A stretch of DNA of 64,000 bases from Candidatus Doudnabacteria bacterium. GTDB taxonomy: Bacteria > Patescibacteriota > Doudnabacteria > UBA920 > O2-02-FULL-48-8. The stretch spans positions 317,248 to 381,247 of the forward strand of contig JBBCGO010000001.1 in NCBI GenBank assembly GCA_037200925.1, written 5' to 3'. Position 1 is the stretch's first letter. Each line of letters begins with the position of its first letter. The position numbers were made by a program, and so were the translations under genes. The notes under the pieces were generated by a model. That model made no database searches and had not been told where the DNA came from. It saw nothing but the letters and a program-made list of their open reading frames with translations. Below, in pieces: positions 20,822 through 31,091 of the stretch.

Positions 20822-21586
20822 TCATTGCAAGGTAAGGATCTCGCATCCGTTATCGGTTATCATAACCGTATGTTCAAAGTGGGATGATCGGCCATGATCA
20901 GAAGTTTTAATGGTCCAGTTGTCTTGTGCAAAGTAAACCTTCCAGCCAAATTCATTGACCATGGGTTCTACCGCGATCACCATGCCTTTGATAAGTTTAG
21001 TTCCTGTGCCGTGTTTGCCAAAACACGGAACTTCCGGCTCTTCATGCACGGCTTTTCCCACTCCGTGCCCCACCAGCTCCCTGACAACCTGGAATCCGTA
21101 GTCTTTTGCTATCGATTCAATCGCAAACCCGACATCACCTGTATAATTATCCGGTTTCACCTGCATAAGTCCGGCTTTCAAAGCTTCTTGAGCTGCTGCG
21201 ATCAATTTCAGGTACTTTCCAGAAACTTTACCCACAGGTACGGTGATTGCGGCGTCCGTGAACAACCCTTGATATTGCACTCCGAGATCCAGGCCGACGA
21301 TATCGCCGTCCTGCATAATTTTATCTTTGCCAGGAATGCCGTGCACGACCTCATCATTGACGGAAACGCAGAGGCTGGCAGGAAAAGGCGTATCGCCCGG
21401 CTGCGGGCGGTAATTTTTGAACGACGGAATCCCTCCGAGCTTCCTGATCTCCGATTCTGCCAGCTGGTCCAGGTCAAAAGCCGAGACTCCCGGTTTCACT
21501 TGCTTTGCGACCAGATCCAAAACAGCGGCCAAGATCTTGCCTCCTTGGCGCAGAATTTCAAGCTCTTTTGGATCTTGAGTAATCAT
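20822..21586 (-). CDS. map: methionine aminopeptidase type I
   Basis: VHGIPGKDKIMQDGDIVGLDLGVQYQGLFTDAA and HEEPEV metal ligands. Confidence 0.85.
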   Translation of the reverse strand: MITQDPKELEILRQGGKILAAVLDLVAKQVKPGVSAFDLDQLAESEIRKLGGIPSFKNYRPQPGDTPFPASLCVSVNDEVVHGIPGKDKIMQDGDIVGLDLGVQYQGLFTDAAITVPVGKVSGKYLKLIAAAQEALKAGLMQVKPDNYTGDVGFAIESIAKDYGFQVVRELVGHGVGKAVHEEPEVPCFGKHGTGTKLIKGMVIAVEPMVNEFGWKVYFAQDNWTIKTSDHGRSSHFEHTVMITDNGCEILTLQ

Positions 21587-22142
21587 CTATTGCCTTTTTA
21601 ACATCCAGGGCAACTTTCACGATAGTTTGGTTGCCATTGATGAATTTAACTTTATGGAATTTCTGGAAATATCGGATCGTTTCCATAACCTGTTTTTTAT
21701 GGTAACTGATCCGGGATCGGATGTACTGCATGTCTAAATCCTTTTTTTCTCTATCTCTGTGAAAAGAACGTTTTTTTACCAATGCATCAGGCAGGCGGAG
21801 GTAGATCGCAAAAAAATCGCGGTGCTTGCGGTCCAGAATTTTTTTTAACAACACAGCCTCGCTTTTCAGTCTTGGTGTGCCGACAAACAACAAGTTTTTA
21901 CTTCTCGGGGCTCGTTCGACTGATCTTTTGATATATTCGTCAATAATTTTTGAAGGCACGGGAAGACCCCTGTCATAAGTCTGCAAAAAAATTTTTTTAT
22001 ATCTCGGATTTTCCCTCAATTTTCGCAGATACTCGCCGGATTTTACAAGCTTGAACTCATAATAACTTGCCAATAAATCAGCTTGGGTGTCTTTACCGGA
22101 AACCGGGGAACCGAGAATTATAAGATCAAAGCCGAGTTTCAT
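21558..22142 (-). CDS. divergent adenylate-kinase-family (NMP kinase) paralog
   Basis: LIILGSPVSGKDTQ P-loop variant. Adjacent to canonical adk. Confidence 0.5.
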   Translation of the reverse strand: MKLGFDLIILGSPVSGKDTQADLLASYYEFKLVKSGEYLRKLRENPRYKKIFLQTYDRGLPVPSKIIDEYIKRSVERAPRSKNLLFVGTPRLKSEAVLLKKILDRKHRDFFAIYLRLPDALVKKRSFHRDREKKDLDMQYIRSRISYHKKQVMETIRYFQKFHKVKFINGNQTIVKVALDVKKAIDDYSRSKRA

Positions 22143-22714
22143 AAGATCCCCAGTTGGCTTAAAATTTCCTGCTGGACTCCTTCAATCGACTGATCTCCGT
22201 TTATATGGATCAGCATTTCTTTTGATTCATAGTAATCGCGGATCTGGGCGGTCTTTTTTTCATATTCTTCAAAGCGTTTTTCAACTCTGGCAATATCCGA
22301 GTCATCAACCCGGCCTTCCGTAGCGCTCCGTAAAGATAACCGGGTCAACAATTTTACCTTATCGACATCAAGCACAAAAATTCTCTGGTCACTTATATTA
22401 TGCTTAGCTAAGACCGAATTCAGCATCTCCACTTGTCCGGCCGTTCTGGGAAAGCCGTCCAAAATTAAGCCCGGTTTACCCATGACCTTCTCGATCTCCT
22501 GATCGAAAACTTGCTTTGTCAGTTCATCCGATACGATCATGCCCTGGTCAATTGTGGTTTTTATCAGGCGGCCCAGATCATTGTCTTGTTTTGCCGCTTC
22601 GCGGAAAGTATCGCCCATACTAAAATAGCCGTACCCGAGCTTTTCCATCAGAAGTCTGCTTTGAGTGCCCTTGCCGCTCCCAGGCGGACCCATGAGAATA
22701 ATGATTTGTTTCAT
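22139..22714 (-). CDS. adk: adenylate kinase
   Basis: MKQIIILMGPPGSGKGTQ. Start trimmed from track ORF 22139-22801 to the internal Met. Confidence 0.85.
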   Translation of the reverse strand: MKQIIILMGPPGSGKGTQSRLLMEKLGYGYFSMGDTFREAAKQDNDLGRLIKTTIDQGMIVSDELTKQVFDQEIEKVMGKPGLILDGFPRTAGQVEMLNSVLAKHNISDQRIFVLDVDKVKLLTRLSLRSATEGRVDDSDIARVEKRFEEYEKKTAQIRDYYESKEMLIHINGDQSIEGVQQEILSQLGIL

Positions 22715-22773
22715 ATCAATATTATAGCGTAAAATCGGGACAAAAAAAACGGCTTTTGAATCATTATTGATTC

Positions 22774-23022
22774 TTAAGCCTGGTCTAGATGCTGCATCCA
22801 CTTCAAGTATTTCGTCCTCTTGTCCTCGTTGGTCGTGTAGAGCTGATGGCTTTCGATGATCTCTCTGGCCAGCAAAGGATCACCTTCATCTAACGCGCCC
22901 GCGGCAAGGTCATAAGGCTCGGCATAACGCACGTTGTTCACATGACCGTTCCGCATTTGCTGAGCCAGGTCCCGCAACCATCGTGAAATTTTTGGCCGAA
23001 CTTGCTCTGATCCCATTGACAC
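22774..23022 (-). CDS. hypothetical protein (82 aa) inserted between secY and adk
   Basis: GTG start preceded by TAGGAGGA; no recognisable domain. Confidence 0.45.
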   Translation of the reverse strand: MSMGSEQVRPKISRWLRDLAQQMRNGHVNNVRYAEPYDLAAGALDEGDPLLAREIIESHQLYTTNEDKRTKYLKWMQHLDQA

Positions 23023-23035
23023 GCATCCTCCTAAT

Positions 23036-24337
23036 CTAGAAATCTTCGTAATCCCGCATGACCATTTGCGACTGGACTTGTTTCATAACTTCAATGACCA
23101 CGGACACCACGATCAAAAGCGAAGTGCCGCCCAAGGTCAGCGATTGGGTATGAGTGAAAGCCTGGATAATGTTCGGCAGCACAGCCACTAATCCTAAGAA
23201 AATCGCGCCGACCAGAGTAATGCGGTTCAAAACTTTATACAAAAATTCGGCGGTCTGCAATCCCGGCCGCAGGCCTGGGATAAACCCGCCTTGCTTCTGG
23301 ATATTTTCGGAAATTTCTTCGGGATTGAATACGATGGCAGTATAGAAGTAAGTGAAAGCCACGACCAAAATAAAGTAAACAATACCCTGATAAGTAGGAT
23401 TTTGGAAAAAATTATTGATGGCAGTCGCGGCGTGCGCGATAAATACGGTCTTGGCGTTGGCAAAAAAATTGGCGATCAGGCCCGGGAACAGCAGGATGGA
23501 AATGGCAAAAATGATCGGAATGACCCCTGCCTGGTTGACGCGCAGAGGCAAATGCGTGTTCACTCCGCCGTACATTTTATTGCCGCGGATCCTTTTCGCA
23601 TAAGACACGGGAATATTGCGCTGGGCCTCGGTGATCAAAACCACCGCGCCGATGACCACGACAGCGACCGCCAGATAAGAAAGCGCAGTTATCAAATTCT
23701 GAGGGCTTAGAACCGAAGACGAGTTGGTCAAACTCAGGTAAGCCTGCTGGGCGGCAGTTGGCAGCCTGGCCACAATGCCGGCAAAAATGATCAGGGATAT
23801 GCCATTGCCGATCTTGTATTCAGAAATGATCTCACCCAGCCAGAGCAGGATCATGGTGCCGGTGGTGATGGACAGCAAGGTCACAAACCACTGGAAAGGC
23901 GTGAACCCGGACGTGATGTCAATGTTGCTGGTGCGCGCCAGCAAAAGTATCGTGCCGTAGCCCTGGATCGGGGTTAAAAAAACCGTAAGGTAGCGCATAT
24001 ACTGGTTGATCTTCATCCTGCCGGCCTCTCCGCCCTCTTTGCTCAATTCACCAAGACTGGGAATAATAATTGTCAGAAGCTGGATAATGATGGACGCGGT
24101 AATGTATGGCCCGATGCCAAGCATGACGATAGAAAAATTACGCAGACCGCCGCCGGAAAAAATATCAAATAATCCCAGCAGCTGGTTGTTATTGAGTAGT
24201 GCCCGCAAACTGGTCACATCGATCCCAGGGATGGGAATATGTGCCAGAACCCTGGTGGCGACCAAAAGCAGCGCCACAATGATAATGCGGTTCCTGAGGT
24301 CTTTGACTTTCCAAATTTGTGAAATTCTATTAGCCAT
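23036..24337 (-). CDS. secY: preprotein translocase SecY
   Basis: 10-TM protein in the canonical position after rplO. Confidence 0.9.
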   Translation of the reverse strand: MANRISQIWKVKDLRNRIIIVALLLVATRVLAHIPIPGIDVTSLRALLNNNQLLGLFDIFSGGGLRNFSIVMLGIGPYITASIIIQLLTIIIPSLGELSKEGGEAGRMKINQYMRYLTVFLTPIQGYGTILLLARTSNIDITSGFTPFQWFVTLLSITTGTMILLWLGEIISEYKIGNGISLIIFAGIVARLPTAAQQAYLSLTNSSSVLSPQNLITALSYLAVAVVVIGAVVLITEAQRNIPVSYAKRIRGNKMYGGVNTHLPLRVNQAGVIPIIFAISILLFPGLIANFFANAKTVFIAHAATAINNFFQNPTYQGIVYFILVVAFTYFYTAIVFNPEEISENIQKQGGFIPGLRPGLQTAEFLYKVLNRITLVGAIFLGLVAVLPNIIQAFTHTQSLTLGGTSLLIVVSVVIEVMKQVQSQMVMRDYEDF

Positions 24338-24339
24338 AA

Positions 24340-24810
24340 CTATTGACCGGCCTTCTCGGTTTCAGTTTTAAGAATGACCTTCCCGCCCGCCTTTTCAATT
24401 TTTTCGCGGGCAGCGGCCGAAACCGCGATCTTTTCGAAATTAAGCGCTTTCTTGATCTCGCCGGAGGACAAAACTTTTACCCTGGAACTGCCTGATTTGA
24501 TGAGGCCCAGATTATATAAAATTTTGGGATTAACCGTATCCCCGGCTTTGAACTTATCACTCAGATCATCCAGGTTGAGTATTGTGGCTTTCGTGTTTCT
24601 GCTGGTAAAGCCGCGCCGCTTCGGCAGCTGGCGCTGCAGCGGCATTCGTCCGCCCTCAAATCCGATAGGAATTGAAGAGCCGGCGCGGGCTTTCTGGCCC
24701 TTGGCGCCGCGGCCGGAAAAAGTGCCATGGCCAGACCCAACGCCTCTCCCTACGACTTTACGGCGTTTAGTGGATCCTTTATGCGGTTTTAAGCTGTGTA
24801 AATTAAGCAT
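24340..24810 (-). CDS. rplO: 50S ribosomal protein L15
   Basis: GSGHGTFSGRGAKGQKAR. Follows rpsE directly, with no L30 gene between them. Confidence 0.9.
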   Translation of the reverse strand: MLNLHSLKPHKGSTKRRKVVGRGVGSGHGTFSGRGAKGQKARAGSSIPIGFEGGRMPLQRQLPKRRGFTSRNTKATILNLDDLSDKFKAGDTVNPKILYNLGLIKSGSSRVKVLSSGEIKKALNFEKIAVSAAAREKIEKAGGKVILKTETEKAGQ

Positions 24811-24811
24811 A

Positions 24812-25306
24812 TTACTTCCTTAGTTCCGCCATTTCTTCCTTGGAACGCAATTTGGACAAAGCCAAATAAGTGGCCATGGCGTTATTGACCTTGTTTGAAG
24901 ACCCGAGCATTTTCGACAGGACATTCTTAACACCAACAAGGTCCAACACCTGGCGGATAGCTCCGCCGGCGATGACTCCGGTGCCGGGCTGGGCCGGCTT
25001 TAGGAATACAACGGATGATTTATATTTAAACTTGATCTCATGCGGAATGGTATCGTTGACGATCTTGATCGGGATCATGGTTTTTTTGGCAGCCGCCACT
25101 GACTTGTTCACGGCTTCGGACACGTCAGCTCCTTTCCGCAGGCCCACACCCACGCGCCCTTTCTTATCTCCGATGACGACCAGCGCCCGAAAACGCATGC
25201 GCTTACCGCCTGCCACCACGCGCGTGACGCGCTTGATCTCCACGATCTTTTGTTCAAAATCGCGCTTGCCTGCATCCTGATTTCTGCCTCTTGATTGTCT
25301 GCGCAT
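24812..25306 (-). CDS. rpsE: 30S ribosomal protein S5
   Basis: RVTRVVAGGKRMRFRALVVIGD. Confidence 0.9.
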   Translation of the reverse strand: MRRQSRGRNQDAGKRDFEQKIVEIKRVTRVVAGGKRMRFRALVVIGDKKGRVGVGLRKGADVSEAVNKSVAAAKKTMIPIKIVNDTIPHEIKFKYKSSVVFLKPAQPGTGVIAGGAIRQVLDLVGVKNVLSKMLGSSNKVNNAMATYLALSKLRSKEEMAELRK

Positions 25307-25307
25307 A

Positions 25308-25652
25308 TTAAAACTCCAATCCGGAAGCTCTTGCCGCTTCTGCTAATTCTTTCACGCGGCCATGGTACTGATATCCGCCGCGGTCAAACACGACTTTTTT
25401 AATTCCCAATTTTTGCGCTTTTTCTGCCGCCAATTTTCCGACTGCCGCTGCAATTTCCGATTTCTTGCCTTTCATTTTTACTTCAGTGCTGCTTGCTGCG
25501 GCCAAGGTCTTACCTGTTTCATCATCGATCAGCTGTACATAAATGTGAGACAACGAGCGAAAAACATTCAGTCGCGGTTTGCTTCCGCTGCCTGAAACTT
25601 TTGCCCGAACTCGGCGCTGTCTTAGTTTTCTCTGGGTTCGTCTGGAGTTCAT
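25308..25652 (-). CDS. rplR: 50S ribosomal protein L18
   Basis: [24 protein letters not shown]. Start trimmed to MNSRRTQ at 25652, adjacent to the L6 stop. Confidence 0.85.
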   Translation of the reverse strand: MNSRRTQRKLRQRRVRAKVSGSGSKPRLNVFRSLSHIYVQLIDDETGKTLAAASSTEVKMKGKKSEIAAAVGKLAAEKAQKLGIKKVVFDRGGYQYHGRVKELAEAARASGLEF

Positions 25653-25653
25653 A

Positions 25654-26208
25654 TTATTTGCCTCCGCCGACGGCTTTGACGACCTTGCCCGCTTTGCGCC
25701 TGATAACTTCATCGCTGTATTTAATTCCTTTGCCTTTGTACGGTTCCGGCTCCCGCTGCGAACGCACCACAGCCGCAAACTGGCCGACTGCCTGGCGATC
25801 GGAGCCGGTAATGGTAATGATATTTTTTTCCACTTTTGCTTCCAGTCCTGTTGGCACTTCCATTTCGATAGGATGAGAATAGCCCAAATTAAGCACTAAC
25901 TTTTTGCCTGAAATCGCGGCCTTGTATCCGACCCCGTTGATCTCCAAAATTTTGGTAAAACCGGTGGTGACGCCGGTGACCATGTTATTTATCAGTGAGC
26001 GGAACAGCCCCCACAAAGCGCGCTCGGATTTTTCATCCGGTTTTTTAACTGTGACAATTATCTCCGTGTCTTTGTGTTCAATCAAAACTTTCGGGTGAAT
26101 GGTCAGCATTAATTCGCCCTTTGGTCCTTTGACCCTGAGGGTTTCATCTTTGATGTCCACAGTGACGCCTGCGGGAATGACTACTGGTTTTTTGCCTATT
26201 CTGCTCAT
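25654..26208 (-). CDS. rplF: 50S ribosomal protein L6
   Basis: [17 protein letters not shown]... Confidence 0.9.
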   Translation of the reverse strand: MSRIGKKPVVIPAGVTVDIKDETLRVKGPKGELMLTIHPKVLIEHKDTEIIVTVKKPDEKSERALWGLFRSLINNMVTGVTTGFTKILEINGVGYKAAISGKKLVLNLGYSHPIEMEVPTGLEAKVEKNIITITGSDRQAVGQFAAVVRSQREPEPYKGKGIKYSDEVIRRKAGKVVKAVGGGK

Positions 26209-26289
26209 AATTATTGCTTTAGCGAGGATGTTGAATAAAAAAGAATTCTGAGGCCGAAGTTGCTTTGTCGCAACGAGGCCGAGGACTTA

Positions 26290-26335
26290 GGTCTAAATTA
26301 CTGCGACTAGCATAATTTAGACCGTCTTTTTTTTG
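26290..26335 (+). terminator. strong hairpin plus T9 (plus-strand orientation) inside the 142-bp rpsH-rplF spacer
   Basis: GGTCTAAATTA-ctgcgactagca-TAATTTAGACC followed by TTTTTTTTT. A second weaker hairpin (GTTGC...GCAAC) lies at 26255-26285. Confidence 0.4.
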
Positions 26336-26350
26336 CAACATCCGAGCGCC

Positions 26351-26749
26351 TCACCAAATCTGGCAGACAATCTCGCCGCCGACTTTGTTCGCCCGCGCTT
26401 CCTTGTCTGTCATTAATCCTTTTGAAGTTGAAACGATAGTGGTCCCGATGCCACCCATGACTTTGGGGATCTCAGTCCGGGTGGAGTAGATCCGCTGGCC
26501 GGGCTTGCTCACGCGCTTGATACCGGAAATAACCGGGGTACCTGTCTTGTCATACTTTAGTTCCAGCGACAGACTCTTTATCCCTTCGGTTTCTTTCACT
26601 TCCACGTTTTTGATATATCCTTCCGACTGCAAAACTTTCGCCAGACTGTGCTTGAAATTGGAATACGGCAAAACCACGTCTGATTTCTTTGCCATCAGGC
26701 CGTTGCGGATGCGGGTCAGCATGTCGGAAATTGTATCGCTCATTGTCAT
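26351..26749 (-). CDS. rpsH: 30S ribosomal protein S8
   Basis: MTMSDTISDMLTRIRNG... Confidence 0.9.
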   Translation of the reverse strand: MTMSDTISDMLTRIRNGLMAKKSDVVLPYSNFKHSLAKVLQSEGYIKNVEVKETEGIKSLSLELKYDKTGTPVISGIKRVSKPGQRIYSTRTEIPKVMGGIGTTIVSTSKGLMTDKEARANKVGGEIVCQIW

Positions 26750-26755
26750 ATATTT

Positions 26756-26950
26756 TTACCAGGAAGCCTTAAATACGCCGGGGATCTCGCCGTTTGAAGC
26801 CAGCTCGCGGAAACAAATGCGGCAAATATCAAAATCGCGCATGTAGCCGTGCTTTCGGCCGCAGCGCCAGCAGCGCCGCACGATCCGCGACGAATACTTC
26901 GCATTGGTGCGGGAACGGAACGATCTGATTGTCTGTGCTTTTGTAGCCAT
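26756..26950 (-). CDS. rpsZ: 30S ribosomal protein S14 type Z (zinc-binding)
   Basis: [23 protein letters not shown]. Confidence 0.85.
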   Translation of the reverse strand: MATKAQTIRSFRSRTNAKYSSRIVRRCWRCGRKHGYMRDFDICRICFRELASNGEIPGVFKASW

Positions 26951-26954
26951 ATAT

Positions 26955-27494
26955 TTAGTCCTTTTGAAACGGGAATCCTAATGATTTTAACAATTCCAGT
27001 GCTTTCTTGTCATCATTGGTCGAAGTTTGGATGTTGACCTCAAGGCCAAAAACATATTCCAAATGCTCGCGCGTGGTTTCCGGAAAAACGATCTGTTCTT
27101 TGATCCCGACATTGTAATTCCCGTGGCCGTCGAATTTTTTCGGATTCAGGCCCCTAAAATCCCGCACACGGGGCAACGCCACATTTACGAACTTTTCCAA
27201 AAAATCATACATCCGGCGGCCCCGAAGCGTGACAGTCAGGCCGACGACCTGATTTTCGCGGATTTTAAATCCGGCTATGGATTTCTTAGCCAGCGTTTTG
27301 ACCGGAGCCAGACCCGCAATGCGCTTAACATCCTCAATGATCGCCTCAAGCATCTTCGGGTCTTTTAGGGTCTTGCCCACGCCCACGTTCAGCACGACTT
27401 TCTCAACTTTGGGTACAGCCATAGGATTGGTCAATCCGAAAGCTTGCTTCAACGTTGGCACCGATTTTTCTTTGTAAATAGTCTTAAGACTCAT
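26955..27494 (-). CDS. rplE: 50S ribosomal protein L5
   Basis: Canonical L5. Confidence 0.9.
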   Translation of the reverse strand: MSLKTIYKEKSVPTLKQAFGLTNPMAVPKVEKVVLNVGVGKTLKDPKMLEAIIEDVKRIAGLAPVKTLAKKSIAGFKIRENQVVGLTVTLRGRRMYDFLEKFVNVALPRVRDFRGLNPKKFDGHGNYNVGIKEQIVFPETTREHLEYVFGLEVNIQTSTNDDKKALELLKSLGFPFQKD

Positions 27495-27498
27495 ATGA

Positions 27499-27813
27499 TT
27501 ATATTGCTTTTCCGCAATGCTTGCATTTGCGTAAATTTCCCTGCGCAGTTATTTCATGGCCGATCCTGGTCGGCTTGCCGCAATTCGGACATATCAGCAT
27601 GACTTTGGAAACATTCAAAGGGGCGGGCAATTCCAAACGCTGGCCTTTCTCGCCCTGATTCTTCGGCCGGGAAAACCGGACGTGGATATTCAAGCCTTCC
27701 ACAGACACTCTTTTGTCCTTTGGGAACACTTCCAAAACCTTGCCGGATTTGCCTCTTTCCTTGCCGGCCAGCACTTTTACCATATCGCCTTTTTTAATGC
27801 TCATCTTCTTCAT
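27499..27813 (-). CDS. rplX: 50S ribosomal protein L24 with C-terminal C4 zinc-ribbon extension
   Basis: KOW domain [26 protein letters not shown], followed by [30 protein letters not shown]. Confidence 0.85.
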   Translation of the reverse strand: MKKMSIKKGDMVKVLAGKERGKSGKVLEVFPKDKRVSVEGLNIHVRFSRPKNQGEKGQRLELPAPLNVSKVMLICPNCGKPTRIGHEITAQGNLRKCKHCGKAI

Positions 27814-28181
27814 ATTACTTCCTCTGCCAATGAAATGATCTTGGTAAATCCGAGATCCCGAAGCTCGCGCGGAATAGGCCCGAAAATGCGCGTGCCGCGT
27901 GGTTCCGGATTGTCTTTATTCACCAATACTGCGGCATTATCGTCAAACCGGATGTAAGAACCGTCAGCGCGCCGGACTTCCTTATGCGTGCGGACGATAA
28001 CAGCATAAACCTTGTCGCCTTTTTTCACCTGGCCTTTGGGGCTGGCGATCTTAACCGAAGCTGCGACCACGTCGCCTAGCCTTGCCCAGCGGCGGTGGTT
28101 TTTGCCGGACACGCCGAACACTGCGATCTCTCGAGCGCCTGTATTGTCCGCGACTTTTAATCTGGTTCTTAGCTGGATCAT
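27810..28181 (-). CDS. rplN: 50S ribosomal protein L14
   Basis: [18 protein letters not shown]... Confidence 0.9.
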   Translation of the reverse strand: MIQLRTRLKVADNTGAREIAVFGVSGKNHRRWARLGDVVAASVKIASPKGQVKKGDKVYAVIVRTHKEVRRADGSYIRFDDNAAVLVNKDNPEPRGTRIFGPIPRELRDLGFTKIISLAEEVI

Positions 28182-28193
28182 GGATCTAAATAA

Positions 28194-28442
28194 TTAAACT
28201 TTGCTTAATACTTTCCAAAAGACCGTTTTGCTGTAAGGCTTTGACTCTTCAATTATAACCTTATCGCCTATGGCAAACTGCTCTTCCGCGTGCGCCGGGA
28301 ATTTCTTAAAGACCTTGTAGCGTTTATGGTATTTCGGGTGGACCTTCACGCTCTCAACTTTCACGATCACCGTTTTGTTCATCTTGTTTGAGGTCACGAT
28401 CCCCGTTAATTTTCGCTTGATGGCATCCATATTATTTGGCAT
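28194..28442 (-). CDS. rpsQ: 30S ribosomal protein S17
   Basis: Canonical S17. Confidence 0.85.
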   Translation of the reverse strand: MPNNMDAIKRKLTGIVTSNKMNKTVIVKVESVKVHPKYHKRYKVFKKFPAHAEEQFAIGDKVIIEESKPYSKTVFWKVLSKV

Positions 28443-28614
28443 TCATTAAGGTTAAAATTCGGGCAATGTCGCGCTTTACGGCTTTGAGCATATGGTTATT
28501 CTTCACTTCGCGCGAGTGCAGCTTGAAAGACAGGTCCCGCACCTGCTCCCGCAGGGTGGCTAGCGTTTTTACCAATTCAGCCTGGCCCATTACTTGTAAT
28601 TCCTTGATCTTCAT
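28432..28614 (-). CDS. rpmC: 50S ribosomal protein L29
   Basis: MKIKELQVMGQAELVKTLATLREQ... Confidence 0.85.
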   Translation of the reverse strand: MKIKELQVMGQAELVKTLATLREQVRDLSFKLHSREVKNNHMLKAVKRDIARILTLMNAK

Positions 28615-28618
28615 AAGA

Positions 28619-29032
28619 TTATGCCTGATTCCTTAATACAAATTTAGTCTTGATTGGCAATTTATGAGAGGCCAACCGCATGGCTTCAGCCGCCTGATCT
28701 GACGTAACCCCATCCATCTCGAACATCACGCGCCCTTTTTGCACTACCGCCACAAAGTGATCCACCGCGCCTTTGCCGCCGCCCATGGGCGATTCGTTGC
28801 CGTGAGAAGTAATGGGTTTATCCGGAAAGATCCGGATCCAGATCTTGCCGCCGCGCTGAATATATCTGGTCATGGCTCGCCTAGCCGCTTCTATCTGGCG
28901 GCTGGTGACCCAGCTGTTTTCCATGGCTTTCAATCCAAAACTTCCAAATGCCACAAAGTTGCCGGACATGGATTTGCCGGAGGAGCGCCCTCTGTGATGC
29001 TTTCTGTGCTTAACTTTTTTCGGGATCAGCAT
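28619..29032 (-). CDS. rplP: 50S ribosomal protein L16
   Basis: [16 protein letters not shown]... Confidence 0.9.
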   Translation of the reverse strand: MLIPKKVKHRKHHRGRSSGKSMSGNFVAFGSFGLKAMENSWVTSRQIEAARRAMTRYIQRGGKIWIRIFPDKPITSHGNESPMGGGKGAVDHFVAVVQKGRVMFEMDGVTSDQAAEAMRLASHKLPIKTKFVLRNQA

Positions 29033-29035
29033 AAA

Positions 29036-29698
29036 TTATTCGCCTTTCAGCTTAAGCTTCTTGCCGTCAAAAACTTCGCCTTTATTGATCCAAACCTTCA
29101 CGCCTATGGTGCCATAGGTGGTAAATGCCGTAACTCTGGCAAAATCAATATTGGCGCGCAAAGTATGCAGTGGCAATTTGCCTTTGAACAACCGTTCACT
29201 GCGGGCAATTTCCGCGCCGCCCAGTCTTCCCGCGCATTCTATCTTAACGCCCAAAGCCCCGGCTTCCATGACCTGCTCTATCGCGCCTTTCATGGCGCGG
29301 CGGAAGGCGATGCGCTTTTCGATCTGGTCCACGATATTCTGCGCCACAACCTGGGCCTGCAGATTCATGTCTTTGACTTCTTCAATATTGATCTTCATGT
29401 CCAATTTCTTCAGCTCCAGATTCTTCAGGATCTTTTTCTTCAGATCTTCAATGCCGGCCCCGCCTTTGCCGATGATCATGCCCGGCTTGGTGGTTTTCAC
29501 TGTGACGATCAGGTTCTGGCCGAATCGCTCAATATCAATCCTGACCAAACCGGCGCGGCGCAATTCTTGCATCAGAAAAGCGCGGATCCGGGTATCCTGC
29601 TGGAGTTTCGCGGCAAAACCGGTCTTGGCCAGCCATTTGGATTTCCAAGTTTCGGTAATGTTCAGTCTTAAACTGTTGGCATTAACTTTCTGTCCCAT
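29036..29698 (-). CDS. rpsC: 30S ribosomal protein S3
   Basis: MGQKVNANSLRLNITETW... KH domain. Confidence 0.9.
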   Translation of the reverse strand: MGQKVNANSLRLNITETWKSKWLAKTGFAAKLQQDTRIRAFLMQELRRAGLVRIDIERFGQNLIVTVKTTKPGMIIGKGGAGIEDLKKKILKNLELKKLDMKINIEEVKDMNLQAQVVAQNIVDQIEKRIAFRRAMKGAIEQVMEAGALGVKIECAGRLGGAEIARSERLFKGKLPLHTLRANIDFARVTAFTTYGTIGVKVWINKGEVFDGKKLKLKGE

Positions 29699-29699
29699 A

Positions 29700-30281
29700 T
29701 TATTCTCCGCTCTTTCTGTTAAATAACCGGCGCTTCAAAGACACTATATTCTGCTTGAGCTTTTCAGAAGGCCTCGGAGCCTGTTTGGCCTTGGTCTTTA
29801 TAGCCTGTACTTCACCGGCTTTAGGCTGTTCTATCTGGCCTGTGTGCGGCTCTTTTACTTCCGGCGCTGCGGCCCTTGGCCTCAAAGAGAAAATTGACCG
29901 GGTTTGCTTGGATTTGGCCCGCTCGCGGGATTCCAAAACAACATTGATATGGCTGGTGCGCTTGCGCTCCACAAATGCCCGGCCCTGGGCTCTGGGTGCA
30001 TAGCGTTTGAATACCGGGCCTTGGTCTATGGTCACGGCTTTTACGAATAAATTTTCTTTTTTCAGGTCAAAATTATGCACGGCATTGGCCACAGCTGAAT
30101 TGATGGCTTTGGTCAGGGGCAAAGCGGCATTCTTGGAAGAAAACCGGAGCTGTTCTAAGGCCACATCCACAGGAGTCCTTCGGATAAGGTCCGCCACAAG
30201 TCGAAGCTTGCGCGGAGACACATGGATGTATCTGGCGAATGCTTTGACCTCTTTAACTTTTGATAAATCTTGTTTAGCCAT
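29700..30281 (-). CDS. rplV: 50S ribosomal protein L22 with long basic C-terminal extension
   Basis: L22 core plus an approximately 80-aa lysine/alanine/proline-rich tail. Confidence 0.85.
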   Translation of the reverse strand: MAKQDLSKVKEVKAFARYIHVSPRKLRLVADLIRRTPVDVALEQLRFSSKNAALPLTKAINSAVANAVHNFDLKKENLFVKAVTIDQGPVFKRYAPRAQGRAFVERKRTSHINVVLESRERAKSKQTRSIFSLRPRAAAPEVKEPHTGQIEQPKAGEVQAIKTKAKQAPRPSEKLKQNIVSLKRRLFNRKSGE

Positions 30282-30308
30282 AATTATTTCTTAGGAGCAG
30301 CAGCTGGT

Positions 30309-30632
30309 TCAGCTTTTGCAGCTTCCAATGACCGTTTTTTCCGCTTCCTGGGCCGCAATCGCCTCTTCTTTGGCCATGCGTCCGCCGTGTCTGACGAATT
30401 TGCGGCTTGGTGAAAACTCGCCTAATTTGTGCCCGACCATGTTTTCCGAACAATGCACGGTTATAAAATTCTTGCCGTTGTGAACAAGGAAAGTCAGGCC
30501 TACCATTTCGGGAAAAATAGTGGAGTCGCGCGACCAGGTCTTGATCTCAACTTTCTGCCCAGGCCGAACCTTCTGGATCTTCTCCAGAAGTTTAGGATCT
30601 ATAAATGGTCCTTTTTTCAGTGATCGTGACAT
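30309..30632 (-). CDS. rpsS: 30S ribosomal protein S19
   Basis: [12 protein letters not shown]...[18 protein letters not shown]. Confidence 0.9.
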   Translation of the reverse strand: MSRSLKKGPFIDPKLLEKIQKVRPGQKVEIKTWSRDSTIFPEMVGLTFLVHNGKNFITVHCSENMVGHKLGEFSPSRKFVRHGGRMAKEEAIAAQEAEKTVIGSCKS

Positions 30633-30635
30633 ATA

Positions 30636-31091
30636 TTAATTAGTAGATTTATTTGGATCAGGACCGCAAATGATATGTCCCGGGATACTCTGGGTTGTTC
30701 CGATCGGCACTTGTCCGGCAGGACATGGCCCGGGTGACGGGATCGGCGCTGGCGCTTCCGCACCAACTGGTGTTTGATCAGCAAGAGTAATTGTGGAAAC
30801 AGCAATGGTTCCTTCTCCTTGCTGACAAGTGCTCATTTCTTGCAAAGTACCTTTAATATCCACCGCATCACCTGTTTTGAATCCGGCAAGATTGCCTGTC
30901 AAAGTGTATTGTTTGCCGTCATCGGTTTGGAACAATTGGCATTCAGCGCCACCTGCTATTAACTTCCCGCTGAAAGAAGTTCCATTGCCTGGCTGATTTC
31001 CAGGCCCAACAGGTGCCTGTTTGTTGCAAGCTGCGGCTATTAAAATAATAGCCGGGATCAGGATAATTAATTTTTTCAGCGATCGTGACAT
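30636..31091 (-). CDS. lipoprotein inserted in the S10 operon; N-terminus MSRSLKK duplicated from rpsS
   Basis: MSRSLKKLIILIPAIILIAAAC (lipobox LIAAAC). Gene flanked by 24-bp direct repeats 30612-30635 and 31071-31094. Confidence 0.65.
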   Translation of the reverse strand: MSRSLKKLIILIPAIILIAAACNKQAPVGPGNQPGNGTSFSGKLIAGGAECQLFQTDDGKQYTLTGNLAGFKTGDAVDIKGTLQEMSTCQQGEGTIAVSTITLADQTPVGAEAPAPIPSPGPCPAGQVPIGTTQSIPGHIICGPDPNKSTN

